IMG/VR virus record: IMGVR_UViG_3300038361_000164 | Span: 124,001-188,000 of that record | DNA: 64,000 bases | Direction: 5' to 3' (one strand) | In this document: piece by piece, positions 27,433 to 39,521 of the stretch | Numbering within the stretch: position 1 is the first letter of the stretch | Layout of the letters: every line of letters starts with the position of its first letter | Made by a program: the position numbers and the translations under genes | Notes under the pieces: model-generated | Database searches by the model: none | What the model saw: the letters and a program-made list of their open reading frames with translations, nothing else | What the model was told of the DNA's origin: nothing

Positions 27433-28798
27433 TCATTTGGTTTTCCTTGTGAATTTGAAGTAGCTCCAGAAGGTACTTTTCGGTTTGTCGTTTCCCGCTT
27501 TCAGTGGTTTGTCAAGATCTAGATTGACATTAACTGTTTTCGGCACATACCTACCTATTGTAGCTATTGGAAGTATCGTCCTTCCGTCTAGCTGTTCATC
27601 TATTTGTAAACAATTTGCGGGTTCTGATATAAAATGTGCTACTCCGTGTGAATCGTATCCTAAGATTATTTTTTTACCCTCTTTGTTATTACAAATAAGA
27701 GCTCCTATCGTTAGGTTGCGTTTTTCTAGGTCCGCTGCGATAGCATCGTGGGTTTCTCTATACTTTTGAATATTCTTTTCGTCTATAAGCTTCTGATTTG
27801 CTTTTTTAAGAATCTGATTGTCGAAGTATAAAGATTCCAGTAGAGGTTTTATAGTACGCTCAAGCTCATACCCTAATAAATTGTGTTTTGCTGGACGCGT
27901 CAGCTGTGGACGCGCGTCGAAGTACTCATCGATGAATTTTGTTAAGTCATTATCTGTCATGATGTTTTTCCTTTCTGTTTGTTTGGCCATTTACTTAAAA
28001 AGAATGGTTTCCTCGATCGTACTCCTTTTATTGGTCTTTTATGTGCATCAATAAAAACTTTCGCATCATTTACTGTTACACCATGAAAGGTGTAACTTTC
28101 AAGATCATCTTCTATTTTTCGTATATATGCCAATTGTTTGGCTGTGGCTAAGTTTTCTTGTCTCATGGTGTTCTCCTTTCTTCTGTTATATCGATTGATT
28201 CTTTTCTTCGATCTGAGTATTCAACAAATCGTGAGGTTAAAGAAACGGTATTGTTATGTGTATTATTTACATAAATGTAGTTCCAACCATTGGGAACTCT
28301 GTGTACAGTGACACGTAAAATTGCAATATCTTCTACAATAGGTGCCAATGTAGTACTTTCATGTAATTCTAAGGCCCATATGTCTTTCATAGTTCAGTCT
28401 CCTTTGTAATTATAGAAAATAATCCAAAACTAATGGCTATAAGGCTGCACAACAGCCCTAAACCGCTTATATCCCAAACAAATAAATACCACCACGATGC
28501 AGCTATAAATGTCCAGGCAGATAATATATATCTTTTCTTTTTAGTTAACACAGCTACACTCCTGCGGCGGGAATACGCACTCTGTAAGTATCCAACGGTC
28601 GTCTAGTACTGGTATTCCACCAAGCCCGACACAAGCATCAATGGCTTGTTGTGGTCTACTGGCTAAGGGTTCTCCTGTTAGTGGATCTGTCTCTGCACAT
28701 CGTGTGCTAAGTCCTACGAGAAGGAGGCATATTGTTATTGTCCATATTAATCTAGTTTGTTGGCTATAGTTCATATTAAGGTTCCTTATGTTGTACAA
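27433..28798 (-). CDS. Cluster of hypothetical proteins (27433-27990, 27957-28166, 28163-28390, 28541-28798)
   Basis: ORF track; ATGA overlap at 28163-28166. Confidence 0.5.
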
Positions 28799-29171
28799 CA
28801 GTTCTTAAACGGTTGAGTGATTCTTGTGGTGTATGTCCGTCATATTCAAATGCTACTTTATCCAGCTCAGGTATGTTAAACAAATACCAATGTTTCATTT
28901 CATAGTGATTAGAAATTTGTCCTTCTGGCAGTAGTGCCACTACAACAAACCAGTTTGAGCTTCCAAAACATTTTTCGCCATCGTGATGTCTTTTAGACTT
29001 GTGAACATGATACTTCTTTTGTGTGGCCCATTCATTAAACAATGCTGCGTTATACATCATCCGATATTCATATAACTCGTTAAAAGTATGTAGTCCGTCT
29101 GAAACATCTCCCGGCATAGTATCGACGGGTAACACAATATCATATCCTAATACCACATTTGTTTTACTCAT
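28776..29171 (-). CDS. WDGH-like conserved phage protein
   Basis: SDGLHTFNELY...KSKRHHDG...GQISNHY...YDGHT. Confidence 0.65.
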   Translation of the reverse strand: MSKTNVVLGYDIVLPVDTMPGDVSDGLHTFNELYEYRMMYNAALFNEWATQKKYHVHKSKRHHDGEKCFGSSNWFVVVALLPEGQISNHYEMKHWYLFNIPELDKVAFEYDGHTPQESLNRLRTVVQHKEP

Positions 29172-29193
29172 TATTTTGTTTTCTTTCTTTTTT

Positions 29194-31244
29194 TTAGTGT
29201 ATTTGATTACAAAGTCTTCTGTCTTTTAAGCTTAGTAGTTTTCTCACTACGGGGCACATGAATTCTAAACATACCCAGCTTCTCAATCTATATGGTAATG
29301 AGCATCCACCTTTTCTCCAAAACCCTACTTCTTGCTTAAATAACTTTTTATATATCTGTTTATCGTAGTAAGTAGGTTTATGGCTGATGTATCCTTTATG
29401 TGCATAACATAGCTGACAACATCCTTTTTCCAAGTTCTCAGGATTCTTTGTTGTGGCGACTTTAATGTATGGAAAAGCATCTTGAAACTTATCAGATCGA
29501 GAATATGCACATCCTGTTTGATCTACGTTGCAAGGAAAATTTATAGTTTTAACATCCTTAGCTGTTTGATTATGTTCTTTGGTAAGTACTTTGCTACGTG
29601 TCTCGTGTTTCTTAAAATGCTCTGTTAACATTTCTTCAGGTGTCATGTGTCTTGCGTTTGATATTTGCATTTGTTAGAAGATTTCTATTACATAGTCTTT
29701 GGGAAGTATTATCAAGGGTGTCCCTACAGGAAGTCCTTCATAGTGGTATTGTTGGATTAAGATAGGGACTGTGGCTTCTTCCAAGTGTACAACGTGGACG
29801 TCCCAAGAATTAGCGAGATCGTTTAGATTAAAAGCCTCTCCTTTATCAGAAACACTAGTTAAGTGATATTCTCCATCATTATCGATTTTAATATCGTTGA
29901 TGGTGTATACTACTTCGTAGAGGGGAGGTTGTTCAAATGTAGCTCCTAAATACCCTATCCAACACAGTTCTGCAGCTACAAGAAGGAGAATAGTGCTGTA
30001 AAAAATATTACTGATAATATGTCTTTTTCTTTCTTTTTTCATTATTTAGTTTCTTTCTAGTTTTTTGTTAAAGTCAGTGGAATAATATGTACCTCTTTCC
30101 TCTGCGCCGAACTGGGGTTTTATATTGAAAGAGTATAAATTACCTCCAAACCTTTGTACTACTTTATAGTGCTTCTGTAGGCTCTTCATACTTCTTGTGC
30201 GTGAATCTCTTCTCGGGTTTTTTTGATATTAGCAAGGAGTCTTTCTTGTAGAGTTTGAAGAAGTGAGTCCTTTTCTTTGCCAATAACAGTTACTGGCGGT
30301 ATATTACTACCATCGTGTTTGTCTATGATCTCCAAATAGTCTCGTGTTTTGAGTTTGCTAATTGTGTTAAGATCCTGTAGATCCTTGGCTAAGCTTTCAG
30401 CTAAGATCTGTAAGTTCTTTAGTGTATTTGTTTCGGTCATTAGAATATTCCTCTTTCTATTAGTTTTGTTAAAAGTTCGTCACCGGCAAGTACTTGCTCT
30501 TTCAGCATTACTTCATGTGCCGAATAAGTACCTGGAGGTGTTGGAACAGAATCTGCAAAGTGTTGTCCATTACGCCAGTATTGATTCAGGTCAGGTGTCT
30601 CATACCACAAAGTATCTGCTTCTTGCATACTAGGTTGTGCTGATACAAATTTTGTGTCACATGTCCAAATTTCTAGATTAGGGTAACAAGATTTATCTCC
30701 CACGGCATTCTTCAGCATTTTTAGACAGTTTTCCACACTGTCCATAATAAATAACTTTGAATACTTTATTTTTGGCTGTATCCACTCATCTTTAATGTAT
30801 TCTAGAGATGTGCCATATTTAATATTACGTCTAGTTGTGAACATGTTCATGGAGAATAGTCTATCTTTATAGATGTCTCGATTGGATCTTTTCACTACCT
30901 TATAATAAGGAGGTGGATCGGGAGTACGTGGTTTGGCAGATGCAAATATTGGAGTTCCAGTATTACGTTTCATATTATAATTCCTTAATCTCTTTCAGTG
31001 TTTTGTCCACCTTATTCTCATAAAATATACGTAGGTAGTTAAGAAGGCCGGCTTGTACATCTTTGTCTGTAATTGTTAAATGGTGATTTTCATCTGCATT
31101 TGATAAATGTAGTTTGCCTGTTTCGAATTGTTCTAGTTTTATCACAGATTGCAGTTTCCAAATACTCTTTTCCAGAGTTGAGGTATGCTTTATTAAGTTG
31201 TCAAGCTTATTAGCTTGCTCTTTGTTTGTTTGAGATTCGCTCAT
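29194..31244 (-). CDS. Cluster of hypothetical proteins (29194-29670 Cys-rich, 29674-30042 membrane, 30186-30440, 30440-30973, 30975-31244)
   Basis: ORF track; co-oriented. Confidence 0.5.
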
Positions 31245-31549
31245 AATTTTTCTTTCCTTAATAGTAAGACTACTTTTTACGAACTATCACTTGTTTATCG
31301 ACAAGGTTCAGCTCTGCTGTGTATTCTTTAGGTGAATACTGTTTTTTTAACTCTGCTACCTTAATTGGATCCGCCATCCATTTATACATAGAGGTTTCGG
31401 ATTCAAACTGCTTAGCTATTATTGGTTTTGGCATGATTTGTTGGGTCCTTGTATTGTTAGTATTTGTTTAAAAGTGGCGATTATCTACATAGGTGTTTTC
31501 TCTATTACTGACAAAATGTCTGTAGAAGTCTGCCACGAAATACGGGGTT

Positions 31550-32160
31550 TGGTGTTGGTTTTTGGCTGTTTTTTGTCGATTCTGCAAATTTTCGGTTCGA
31601 TTTTGATCAATTTTTGACGATTTTGATCCAAAATTTTGGGGACTTTATAAGATTTGGGAAACATTAAAGGCCAGAGTTTGGAGATTTGGGTCTATTTCAT
31701 ATATGAATGCGGTCTATGTATGGGCTAAAAAACGAGAAAAAAAGTGCGTTTTTTGCTCAAAATGAAGTTGGTTTTGAACAGAATTGCTCAAAAAGGGCCA
31801 AAAACGGAAGGCAAAGTGCCGATTTCTCGAAAATTATTTGTTTAAAGTACCAGTGATGAAATAATATGTACGTGGTAGGAACGTTGTTTTTGCTTACAAG
31901 GTTTACAAGGGCTTGTAAAGTAATAAATACTATTAATATTAAGTACTTACTTAGGTAGTTTACAAACTTACAAGAAATTTAGCCAGGCGTCTAGCTTGAG
32001 CGTTTTAGCTTTTTATGTTTTTCGTTTTCTGAGTTGGCTCAGAAGTAGTTGCATGTGTTGTTTTCTTGTAAATTTGTAAACTGTTTGGATAAGTGCTTGT
32101 TATTAATGCGGGATATCGGTTTACAAAGGCTTGTAAACTTAGAGGTAGCTTGTAAACCTA
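31550..32160. repeat. Non-coding region with A/T tracts and ten TTACAA/TTGTAA repeats in inverted/direct arrangement; candidate replication origin
   Basis: 31958-31977 vs 32062-32081 inverted (19/20); 31900-31920 vs 32118-32138 direct, each palindromic. Confidence 0.55.
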
Positions 32161-32215
32161 TATATTTTTTTATGCTATGATTAATATAATTGCAATTTAC
32201 TGGCACTACACTGCA

Positions 32216-33614
32216 CTACGCTGTGTTGCTTTGGAGTACTGCTTTGCGTATACTGTGCATTGATATTACTATTCCACACATTTGTCTGATATCTTTTTGC
32301 ACTATCTCTGTATCTGACGAGCCTGGATAGATATTAAGAGGATCGCCAAGAAGTGCTATTGTATTGTTGCATGACTCTGTGCAAGCTTCTATTATATCTT
32401 CATGGTCCTCTTCACTGTGCACATTTACTGCTAATTTTGTTAGAGTATCGTATGTTTCCCGTAAATAGGTTATTGTTTCGTCTTTGTTATTAGCTTCAAA
32501 GCTAAGAACGTTTTCTCCTATTTCTTTAATTTGAGCTACTTGTTCGTCTATTAAATTCGGCATATGTGTTTCTTTCTTGATTAGTTTGATGTGGTCAAAG
32601 ACTCTTACTTCGAATCCCATTTCTGAGGGGTCTGTGTTTTTCATCAGATACTCCTTATTTCGTTATTACAACCGTCTCCAATATTGGTGAGGTATTGATC
32701 TAGAGTATGTAAGAATTCTGGAAATCGTTTCTTATTTATGTGAATGGTTTTATCTAAATAATCATGACCACTGTTTCCAGGCTGGTCAGCTTTAATATAG
32801 ATCTTAATAGAGACTGTGGATTTATCCTTTAGTAGCTTGGCTATTTTTCTTTTTTGTACTCTAGTCTCTTCTTGTTCTTCCACAAGATTAAATACTGTGA
32901 GAGCATCTTTCATTTCCATTTGGTTATTCCTTTTTAAGTATGTCTTGTGTTAATAGTTTTGATAGGAGCTCAATTTGTTCATCTAAATACTCCTTTGTCT
33001 GATTTTCAAAGAAGGTTAACAGCTGCTCGGCAGCTCCGGTGGCCATAATCTCTAACTGGTTTGTTTCACTGAAGATTATTAGTCCCTTAATTCCTTCATC
33101 TTTGACTCTTTTACATTGTTTTATTGTGCCGGCGGCGTGAGCCATACGGTCAGTGATCTTTTCTCGTTGTTCGTAAGTAGGGTCAGCCATTACTCAGCTA
33201 TCTTTAATGAGATTTCTAACTCAATAGGGATATGAGAGGCCAGTTCACGGTTGGCAATCTGTTTTTCGTCTTGATTTACTAGAAATTGTGTGTCAGAGAC
33301 GTGTTCATGAAATTCTTCCAGTATATTGGACATTATTTCTTCTACATCAGCTATTTCAGGTATTAAAATACTTATATTCTTCGAGTCAGGCATATTATAT
33401 CCTTTTTAAGTTAAAATTAATTAAATGCGCCTTCCACCAAGGCGTTAGAGAGTTCCGCAGTAGTAATGTCATGTTCTTCTAATTGCTTTCTGAATCTAGA
33501 GAGATATATCTTTAGGGCCATCTTGGCTGTATCAGGCTTTTTCGCGTTCATGAGTATCTTTTTTACGTTCCTTTCTTGCTCTGGTGTTAATAGTGAGCTA
33601 TTTTCAGTTTGCAT
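32216..33614 (-). CDS. Five hypothetical proteins (32216-32644, 32644-32919, 32924-33190, 33190-33393, 33417-33614)
   Basis: ORF track; TGATG coupling at 32642-32646. Confidence 0.55.
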
Positions 33615-33639
33615 TTGTTTGTTGGTTGTTTGTTATTGA

Positions 33640-34490
33640 AATACGGCTTAGATGACTGGGGTCACCAGTCACCTAAGGAGCGATGAAACGGGGTAGGAAT
33701 TGCGCCGCGATAAACAGTTGAGTTAATTAAATTCATCTGGTAGCTACATTTACCTCTAGTTTTGCCCATCTCAATTCTAAAAATCTGTCCTGGTAGTTAA
33801 TTCTACTGATTTATTCACCCAATTTCAGGGATGGTCAAGACGATAACGCCTTGGCTGGTGGTTCAGCTAATCTATACGCCCTTTAGGACGGTCAGGAAGT
33901 GTGCTTACAGTCTTCAAGCGCTGTAAGTTTATTTTTATGTGATCGTCGGGGTGTTCTTGAAGAGAACAACACTTGCCTCCCACATAATTAGTTGCCCGTC
34001 TCTGGAAAGCGGGCTAGTTATATCTCCAAGATTAGTCCAGAACCATCTTGGCGCATTGTAATGCTACTGAACCAATTGTTGCATTTGTATTGTGTTTGCG
34101 TTTCTTCGGAATTTTGTTACTCTCGCCCTGAACCTGCCATTCATCTAATTGATGACTTAACAGGGGAGCGCATAACGATGTTCCAAACTCCTGGCCTAGA
34201 GTACCTCATTTTCAGCTTATGATATAAGACTCGTCAATTGTGCACAAAAGACAAGGGTTAACCTTATAACGTTGCTTTATAGAGTTTTTGTATGATTCGC
34301 AGCATACTACGAAGCGTGAGCTGCATATTAATGAATTTCTTGGGAAAGAAACACTTACACAAATTTGGGCTCCAAGTAGGGACGAACCTACACATATCTA
34401 GAGTACGCAGCTCGACGTGTCTAACACGTCGGAAGCATTGGAGCATTGAAATGTTGGGGTATATTTATGAAATACACGCTAAGGTGTTAT
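33640..34490 (-). ncRNA. Candidate large structured ncRNA (about 850 nt)
   Basis: No credible ORF; at least 8 hairpins; begins just downstream of promoter motif at 34496-34506; strand inferred from the motif. Confidence 0.5.
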
Positions 34491-34495
34491 TCACT

Positions 34496-34506
34496 ATTCT
34501 TATACC
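34496..34506 (-). promoter_or_regulatory. GGTATAAGAAT motif (copy 2)
   Basis: Exact motif. Confidence 0.7.
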
Positions 34507-34633
34507 CAATTTCCTGAGTATTACAGGGTTCCATCTGATTTGCAACGTATCCTGCGGTAATAGATAATATAATTACTAGGATCATGTGACCTATAAATCT
34601 ACACGTAGCATCTTTCATATCAATCCTTTCTAA

Positions 34634-34906
34634 TTAATTACCTTTACCATACAGCCACAATTGTACAGTAGACAGTGTCACTATAATACAGGTAGCAAGT
34701 GTATGATTTGCAGCTAGCCATTCCACTACTATAGGGTACCACCATATAGACACTTGAATTGACCACCAAGCAAATGTTATATTTATCACTACAAAGAATA
34801 GAAGAACGATTCGACGTACCCATTCGTTAGGAGGCGGAGATAAGTAGTATATAGCAACAGCTATGACAGCGATCATATTTACTACCAAAAATAAATAAAA
34901 TAACAT
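34634..34906 (-). CDS. Small multi-TM membrane protein
   Basis: Three hydrophobic segments; directly downstream of promoter motif. Confidence 0.55.
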   Translation of the reverse strand: MLFYLFLVVNMIAVIAVAIYYLSPPPNEWVRRIVLLFFVVINITFAWWSIQVSIWWYPIVVEWLAANHTLATCIIVTLSTVQLWLYGKGN

Positions 34907-34940
34907 ATTAATCCTTTCAAATTAAGTTGTTTGTTACACC

Positions 34941-34951
34941 ATTCTTATACC
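34941..34951 (-). promoter_or_regulatory. GGTATAAGAAT motif (copy 3)
   Basis: Exact motif. Confidence 0.7.
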
Positions 34952-34957
34952 CAAATA

Positions 34958-35371
34958 CTAGTTATTTTCATAGGTAAAGCTGAATTGATGTTTCTTATCG
35001 CCTACCAAGTCCCAGATGTCTGTATTATCGGAGGCGGCGTTAACGTAGGCGACCATTTTTGCATCTCTTAAGAAATAGACTTCTGTCTCTCTGACATCTA
35101 ATTCATCGAAAAGGATTGTTAGTATATCTAAGGGCTGAGCATAATGAGAGAACTTCCATACATCTATTGAGTAGGTTAGGTAGTCTACAATTATGACATA
35201 ACTAGCCACATAGGTTTGAGTCGGTATAGGTAATGCGTTTGAATGTTCTAGCAAAGTAGCGGACACATCGGTGACTACAAGCTGGTCGTAAACTAATACA
35301 GATTGTTCAGTATCAGTGGTGTAAGCAAATGAGCACAGTAAAATTAGTATACTGTATAGGTATTTATTCAT
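34958..35371 (-). CDS. Exported hypothetical protein
   Basis: Signal-peptide-like MNKYLYSILILLCSFA. Confidence 0.55.
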   Translation of the reverse strand: MNKYLYSILILLCSFAYTTDTEQSVLVYDQLVVTDVSATLLEHSNALPIPTQTYVASYVIIVDYLTYSIDVWKFSHYAQPLDILTILFDELDVRETEVYFLRDAKMVAYVNAASDNTDIWDLVGDKKHQFSFTYENN

Positions 35372-35412
35372 GAGTTGAGTTTGGTTATTTAAGAGTAAGT
35401 ATTGATTACATA

Positions 35413-35423
35413 ATTCTTATACC
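35413..35423 (-). promoter_or_regulatory. GGTATAAGAAT motif (copy 4), divergent from plus-strand block
   Basis: Exact motif. Confidence 0.7.
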
Positions 35424-35432
35424 ACAAACCTG

Positions 35433-35461
35433 TTGATTTTCTTGGAGATTGTTCCAATATT
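35433..35461 (+). promoter_or_regulatory. Sigma70-like promoter of structural block
   Basis: TTGATT-N17-AATATT; ATG at 35467. Confidence 0.5.
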
Positions 35462-35466
35462 AAGGT

Positions 35467-36843
35467 ATGTCATTTAAAGTATATAGAGCAGTTGTGGTAG
35501 ATGTTGAGGAGTTACAGGATAACCCCAACATATTTAATATATTTGTACAAAAGATGTATGATTATAATGCTACTAAAAGAAAAGCGTTACCACCATCACC
35601 TATTGGAACAAGCAGTGTTGGTAGCGGATTTTTAAGTCGTCCAGAAATTAAGCAGGAATGTATGGTAGCTGAAGATGAGAATGAACCTATAGTTCAGATC
35701 CTAACATATACTACTACAAGATTTACAAACCCATTTGGTGGATTAACTGGTGGTGAAAAGATAGCACCAGGTGGATTTGCCATGAAGATTGGTGGAGCCA
35801 ATAAATCCGTACTCTCGATGGAGCCGGGTGGAGTATTTGGATTGTTTTCAAATGCGTGGGCACATATGGGACTATATGGGGAAAAAGGAGAATATAACTT
35901 AGTTGCTAAAACATTAGATCAGAGAACAAAGGTTGGAACTATTCTCGAAACATATAATCCTAGTGATAATAGATCCTCCTATGTATGACATCGAACACAG
36001 TTTATCGAACGCCCAATATTGGCAGACCATAAGAATAGCAGTGAGGCGTTACCAATATTTCCAAGCGTAGATCCTTTTGTAGGCCAGACCATTATTAGAT
36101 CTGGTACAATTAAGAATTTAGCCTTTCCAAATGATGAACCTTTAGAACATGTGTATGAATTGGAAACAAGGCAATCTAAAGTAAATAATACTAGGAAGGA
36201 TGTGTTCACTAAATTAAAACTGGGAATACAGAATAAACACAGACCTTTCACTAATACAGAGGAATATCCAGGTGGGACTATTTTTGAGTGGACACAGAAA
36301 CGCAGTGATCAAGGAGCTCGACTTGAACGATATGGGCTACTAGGTCCGAGTCGTGTAGAGTCTGGAGAATTATATAGACATAATGTTGTACACGGATTTG
36401 ATCATGTACTAAGAGAAGGGGAAGGATATGAGTATAACTTTCCAGATGAGAGAGCTACACATCAACTTATGGAGAGTTTTGGAACAATAAACGATGGATC
36501 TGTGTATAGAAAGAGAATACACGGACCAAATACTAGTGTGACGAAGGTTTTAGCTGATGATCAGTATAAAATAGATGTCAAAATAGGCGAAGCTGAGTAT
36601 AATTTAAAATTTACAGAGAATGGATTGACCATATCCACAAATGGTACTGATAAATATATAAAACTAGGCGGATCAGGGAATGAACTGGAGTTAGCTACAA
36701 AAGAATTTGTTGAAGATGTATATGATGCACATACACACGGTACCGGAGTAGGACCCAGTAGTCCTCCTTTATTAAACGCACAAGCACAAGCAATAGCAGG
36801 AGGGGCCAGTAACTATTTAACAACAGTAACTAAGTCAGACTAA
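35467..36843 (+). CDS. Baseplate hub/spike protein (gpV/gp5-like), 458 aa with TGA(35986)=Trp
   Basis: Track ORFs 35467-35988 and 36019-36843 are in one frame, split only by TGA; N-terminal OB-like strand (RAVVVDV), C-terminal HTH(G) spike-tip motif. Confidence 0.75.
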
Positions 36844-37361
36844 TGGATATTAATAATATTATAGCAGATGTGATGAATATCTTGGTAAGTCCAGACATAA
36901 ACCAAGATAATATAGCAGATGTATGGTGGAATATCATAGATAACGCTATAAATGACCTAACTTTCGTGTCTCCAACCACCGAACACGCCTTTTCTCCTAA
37001 TATTTTAACATATACAACAGCATTTCAAGCCTTTCCTGGTTATTTCCCAACATATAGTAATGTAGATATCGGATTGGTAGTGTTATCTCGTTTTTTCAGT
37101 GAGAAGCTATTTCCCTTAAATGCTGTAACAGTAACAGGTCTTCCAACACTATTTCACAGTACCGCAGTTGGGTTAGTCAGTATCATTAGTACCTCAGCTG
37201 TTCCTTGAGGAGTGCTTGACTTGAGTAATGAAAGCAGTTATGAAACAGCAGCAACTGTTTTGGGAAATGCCATATATACAATTATAACATCAGTAACAGT
37301 GGTTGCAACGGTCCTAGATTCGTCAGGAGCGTCATTTCTAGTTACATTGTCAGCAAATTAA
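36843..37361 (+). CDS. Putative virion structural protein, TGA(37206)=Trp
   Basis: Frame stays open 50 codons past TGA to TAA at 37359-37361, ending just before the next promoter. Confidence 0.7.
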
Positions 37362-37363
37362 GC

Positions 37364-37392
37364 TTGACCGTTTCTAGTGAACTTGTTATATT
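37364..37392 (+). promoter_or_regulatory. Sigma70-like promoter
   Basis: TTGACC-N17-TATATT. Confidence 0.7.
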
Positions 37393-37448
37393 AAACTAAA
37401 GCTAAAAATAATAGCAAACGCAGATTAAAAGCAGAATTGGAGTTTAAC

Positions 37449-39512
37449 ATGAATAAATTATTTAAAGATACACCGACAATAGAAAAACAAGGTTCCGGAA
37501 TCTATATGGACAAGGACAGCACGAAATGGGTACGTCAAGTGATTACTCACTTTGTTCAAATGTTCCCACAAGCAGAATCCTTACCTATTGCCGTATCTTG
37601 GACCAAAAAAGAAGACACTAAAGGATACGCAGTAGGCTCATTAAAAGCTGGGAATGCGTCAGTGCCTCTTATTATACGAGAATGGCGATTAGCTCCTATG
37701 GACACAATGATTGTGAATGATAAGCCATTACCTCTTACAACCGAAATGCTAAGTATGTTGATGATTAAGGCACAACCATTTAAAGGATTAGTGAATCATA
37801 ATAGAACTGGTATCGAAATGATGTTTGGTGGGATGCAAATGTCTCCTACAGGATATCCAACTCAAGACACATCAGAAGGTTTTAACAGACCAGCAAAGGT
37901 AGCTTCTTTTATTGAGAATCTATCATCTATAGATAAGAGAGTGGTTAAAGATCTTTTAGAAAAAGTAGCCGCAGATCAAAGCATTACATATGGATTTGTA
38001 CAGAATGAAACAACAGAGGTTCTTGATCGACTAGTGAAGAGTGCAACGAGTGTTGAATCTTCTCAAGAGGCATTTCTAAGGGATTTAGATGTAGACAGAC
38101 AATTAGTAGTGCAAGATCGCGAGGGTAACCATCATGTTAAGCAGGCATGTGCTGGGTTTGATCACACTTGGAGTAAGCAGATTCCATCTTCAGATGTAGA
38201 CAAGTTTCCTACATTATCCGCCAAGCTTCCAGAGATTGTGAAAGTAGGTGATGTTAAAGAGGAAAAAGTAATAGCACACAATAGTTCACCAGAGGCGGGC
38301 AAGATAGGCTGTTGGTATACTGAAGACGGCACTACAGAGCATTTTGAGATTACCGGCGTGACAAAAGTAGCTAATGAAGACAAATATAATATATATCAAA
38401 ATAATTCTAGATTCCTTTGTGTTGATGAAGACCAAAATTGGTTTGAACATGACTCAAGCGAGGTAAAGACTGCTGAAAACTTCAAAATAAACGGTGATTT
38501 CCCCAATATCGGCTCAAAAGGTGTGTTTGTACTTAGAAATCAAACTACACCTCAGTATGAATTGCGAAATATGACAAAAGAAGCTGGAAAATTCACAAAA
38601 ATCTCAGCATGGACTGGAACAGGTGTCCATTATTTGCATTTAACAGATAATGATAGTGATGAGTTTATAGTTGATGGCGTGGATGTATATTTACCAAAAA
38701 CAGCTAAGTTTATAGCTTTGAAGGATGAATTGAAGACTATTGCCATTGAAAAACAGGCAGAATTGGCTGAAAATGCCCATCGAACAGATAAAATAGCCTT
38801 TTTAACTGTGAATGGATTTAAACAGACAAAATATGTAGTTGGTGGCGATAAGTTAGAGAAAATAGCTGAAGATGTATATAGAATTCCAGAGGGAACACAG
38901 TTTCTAGAGGTTAGTCCTGAGAAAATAGCGGAAGTATTGCCTACTTACACAGACATTGCAACACATAGAATAGATAAAGACTCATACGGCTATTATTCGC
39001 TGAATGGGCCTGAGTTCTCTAAATATGCGGCACAAGGACACAAGATAAGAGATTTAAGTCATGCAGATGCTAAATGGGCTCTTATTTCATGTGATAGTAC
39101 TTTAGATGTGTTAGATAAAATAGCTGACGCTAAGTTTACAACATTAGACGTCAATAACGTTAAAGCTCCAGTACCTGTACAAGCTTACTTAGATAAGATT
39201 GCAGAGAAATATGAAAATGGATTAGAAGAGATATTTAATGTAGAAAAGACACATTTATTAAAGTGTGCAGCCTCATTGACAGATAAATCCACTGTTGATG
39301 CCATATTGTCACTAGGAGTGATTAATAAAAAGAATGCTGGCGAATTTATGGCCATGTTACCTTCATATGAGGCAGTTATGTCAGATTTGGCATCTTTGCT
39401 TATTATGTCTAGAGTAGGTATGAAGCAGGTTTCTGAATTAGCAATTAAAGAAGCAATGGAAGCCATAACAACAGTAGTATTAATGCTACAAAGATTGAAT
39501 GCAACAAACTAA
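37449..39512 (+). CDS. Large putative virion protein with repeated K-x-A motifs
   Basis: ORF track; GGAG upstream of ATG 37449; about 14 KxA motifs (EKIA, DKIA, EKVA, KTA). Confidence 0.75.
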   Translation: MNKLFKDTPTIEKQGSGIYMDKDSTKWVRQVITHFVQMFPQAESLPIAVSWTKKEDTKGYAVGSLKAGNASVPLIIREWRLAPMDTMIVNDKPLPLTTEMLSMLMIKAQPFKGLVNHNRTGIEMMFGGMQMSPTGYPTQDTSEGFNRPAKVASFIENLSSIDKRVVKDLLEKVAADQSITYGFVQNETTEVLDRLVKSATSVESSQEAFLRDLDVDRQLVVQDREGNHHVKQACAGFDHTWSKQIPSSDVDKFPTLSAKLPEIVKVGDVKEEKVIAHNSSPEAGKIGCWYTEDGTTEHFEITGVTKVANEDKYNIYQNNSRFLCVDEDQNWFEHDSSEVKTAENFKINGDFPNIGSKGVFVLRNQTTPQYELRNMTKEAGKFTKISAWTGTGVHYLHLTDNDSDEFIVDGVDVYLPKTAKFIALKDELKTIAIEKQAELAENAHRTDKIAFLTVNGFKQTKYVVGGDKLEKIAEDVYRIPEGTQFLEVSPEKIAEVLPTYTDIATHRIDKDSYGYYSLNGPEFSKYAAQGHKIRDLSHADAKWALISCDSTLDVLDKIADAKFTTLDVNNVKAPVPVQAYLDKIAEKYENGLEEIFNVEKTHLLKCAASLTDKSTVDAILSLGVINKKNAGEFMAMLPSYEAVMSDLASLLIMSRVGMKQVSELAIKEAMEAITTVVLMLQRLNATN

Positions 39513-39521
39513 GAGGGTATA

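Noticed and set aside
31270-31434. Small ORF MPKPIIAKQF... that appears to continue in another frame (EYTAELNLVDKQVIVRKK)
   Set aside because: No slippery site or stimulator seen; likely a 1-nt indel or assembly error rather than programmed frameshifting
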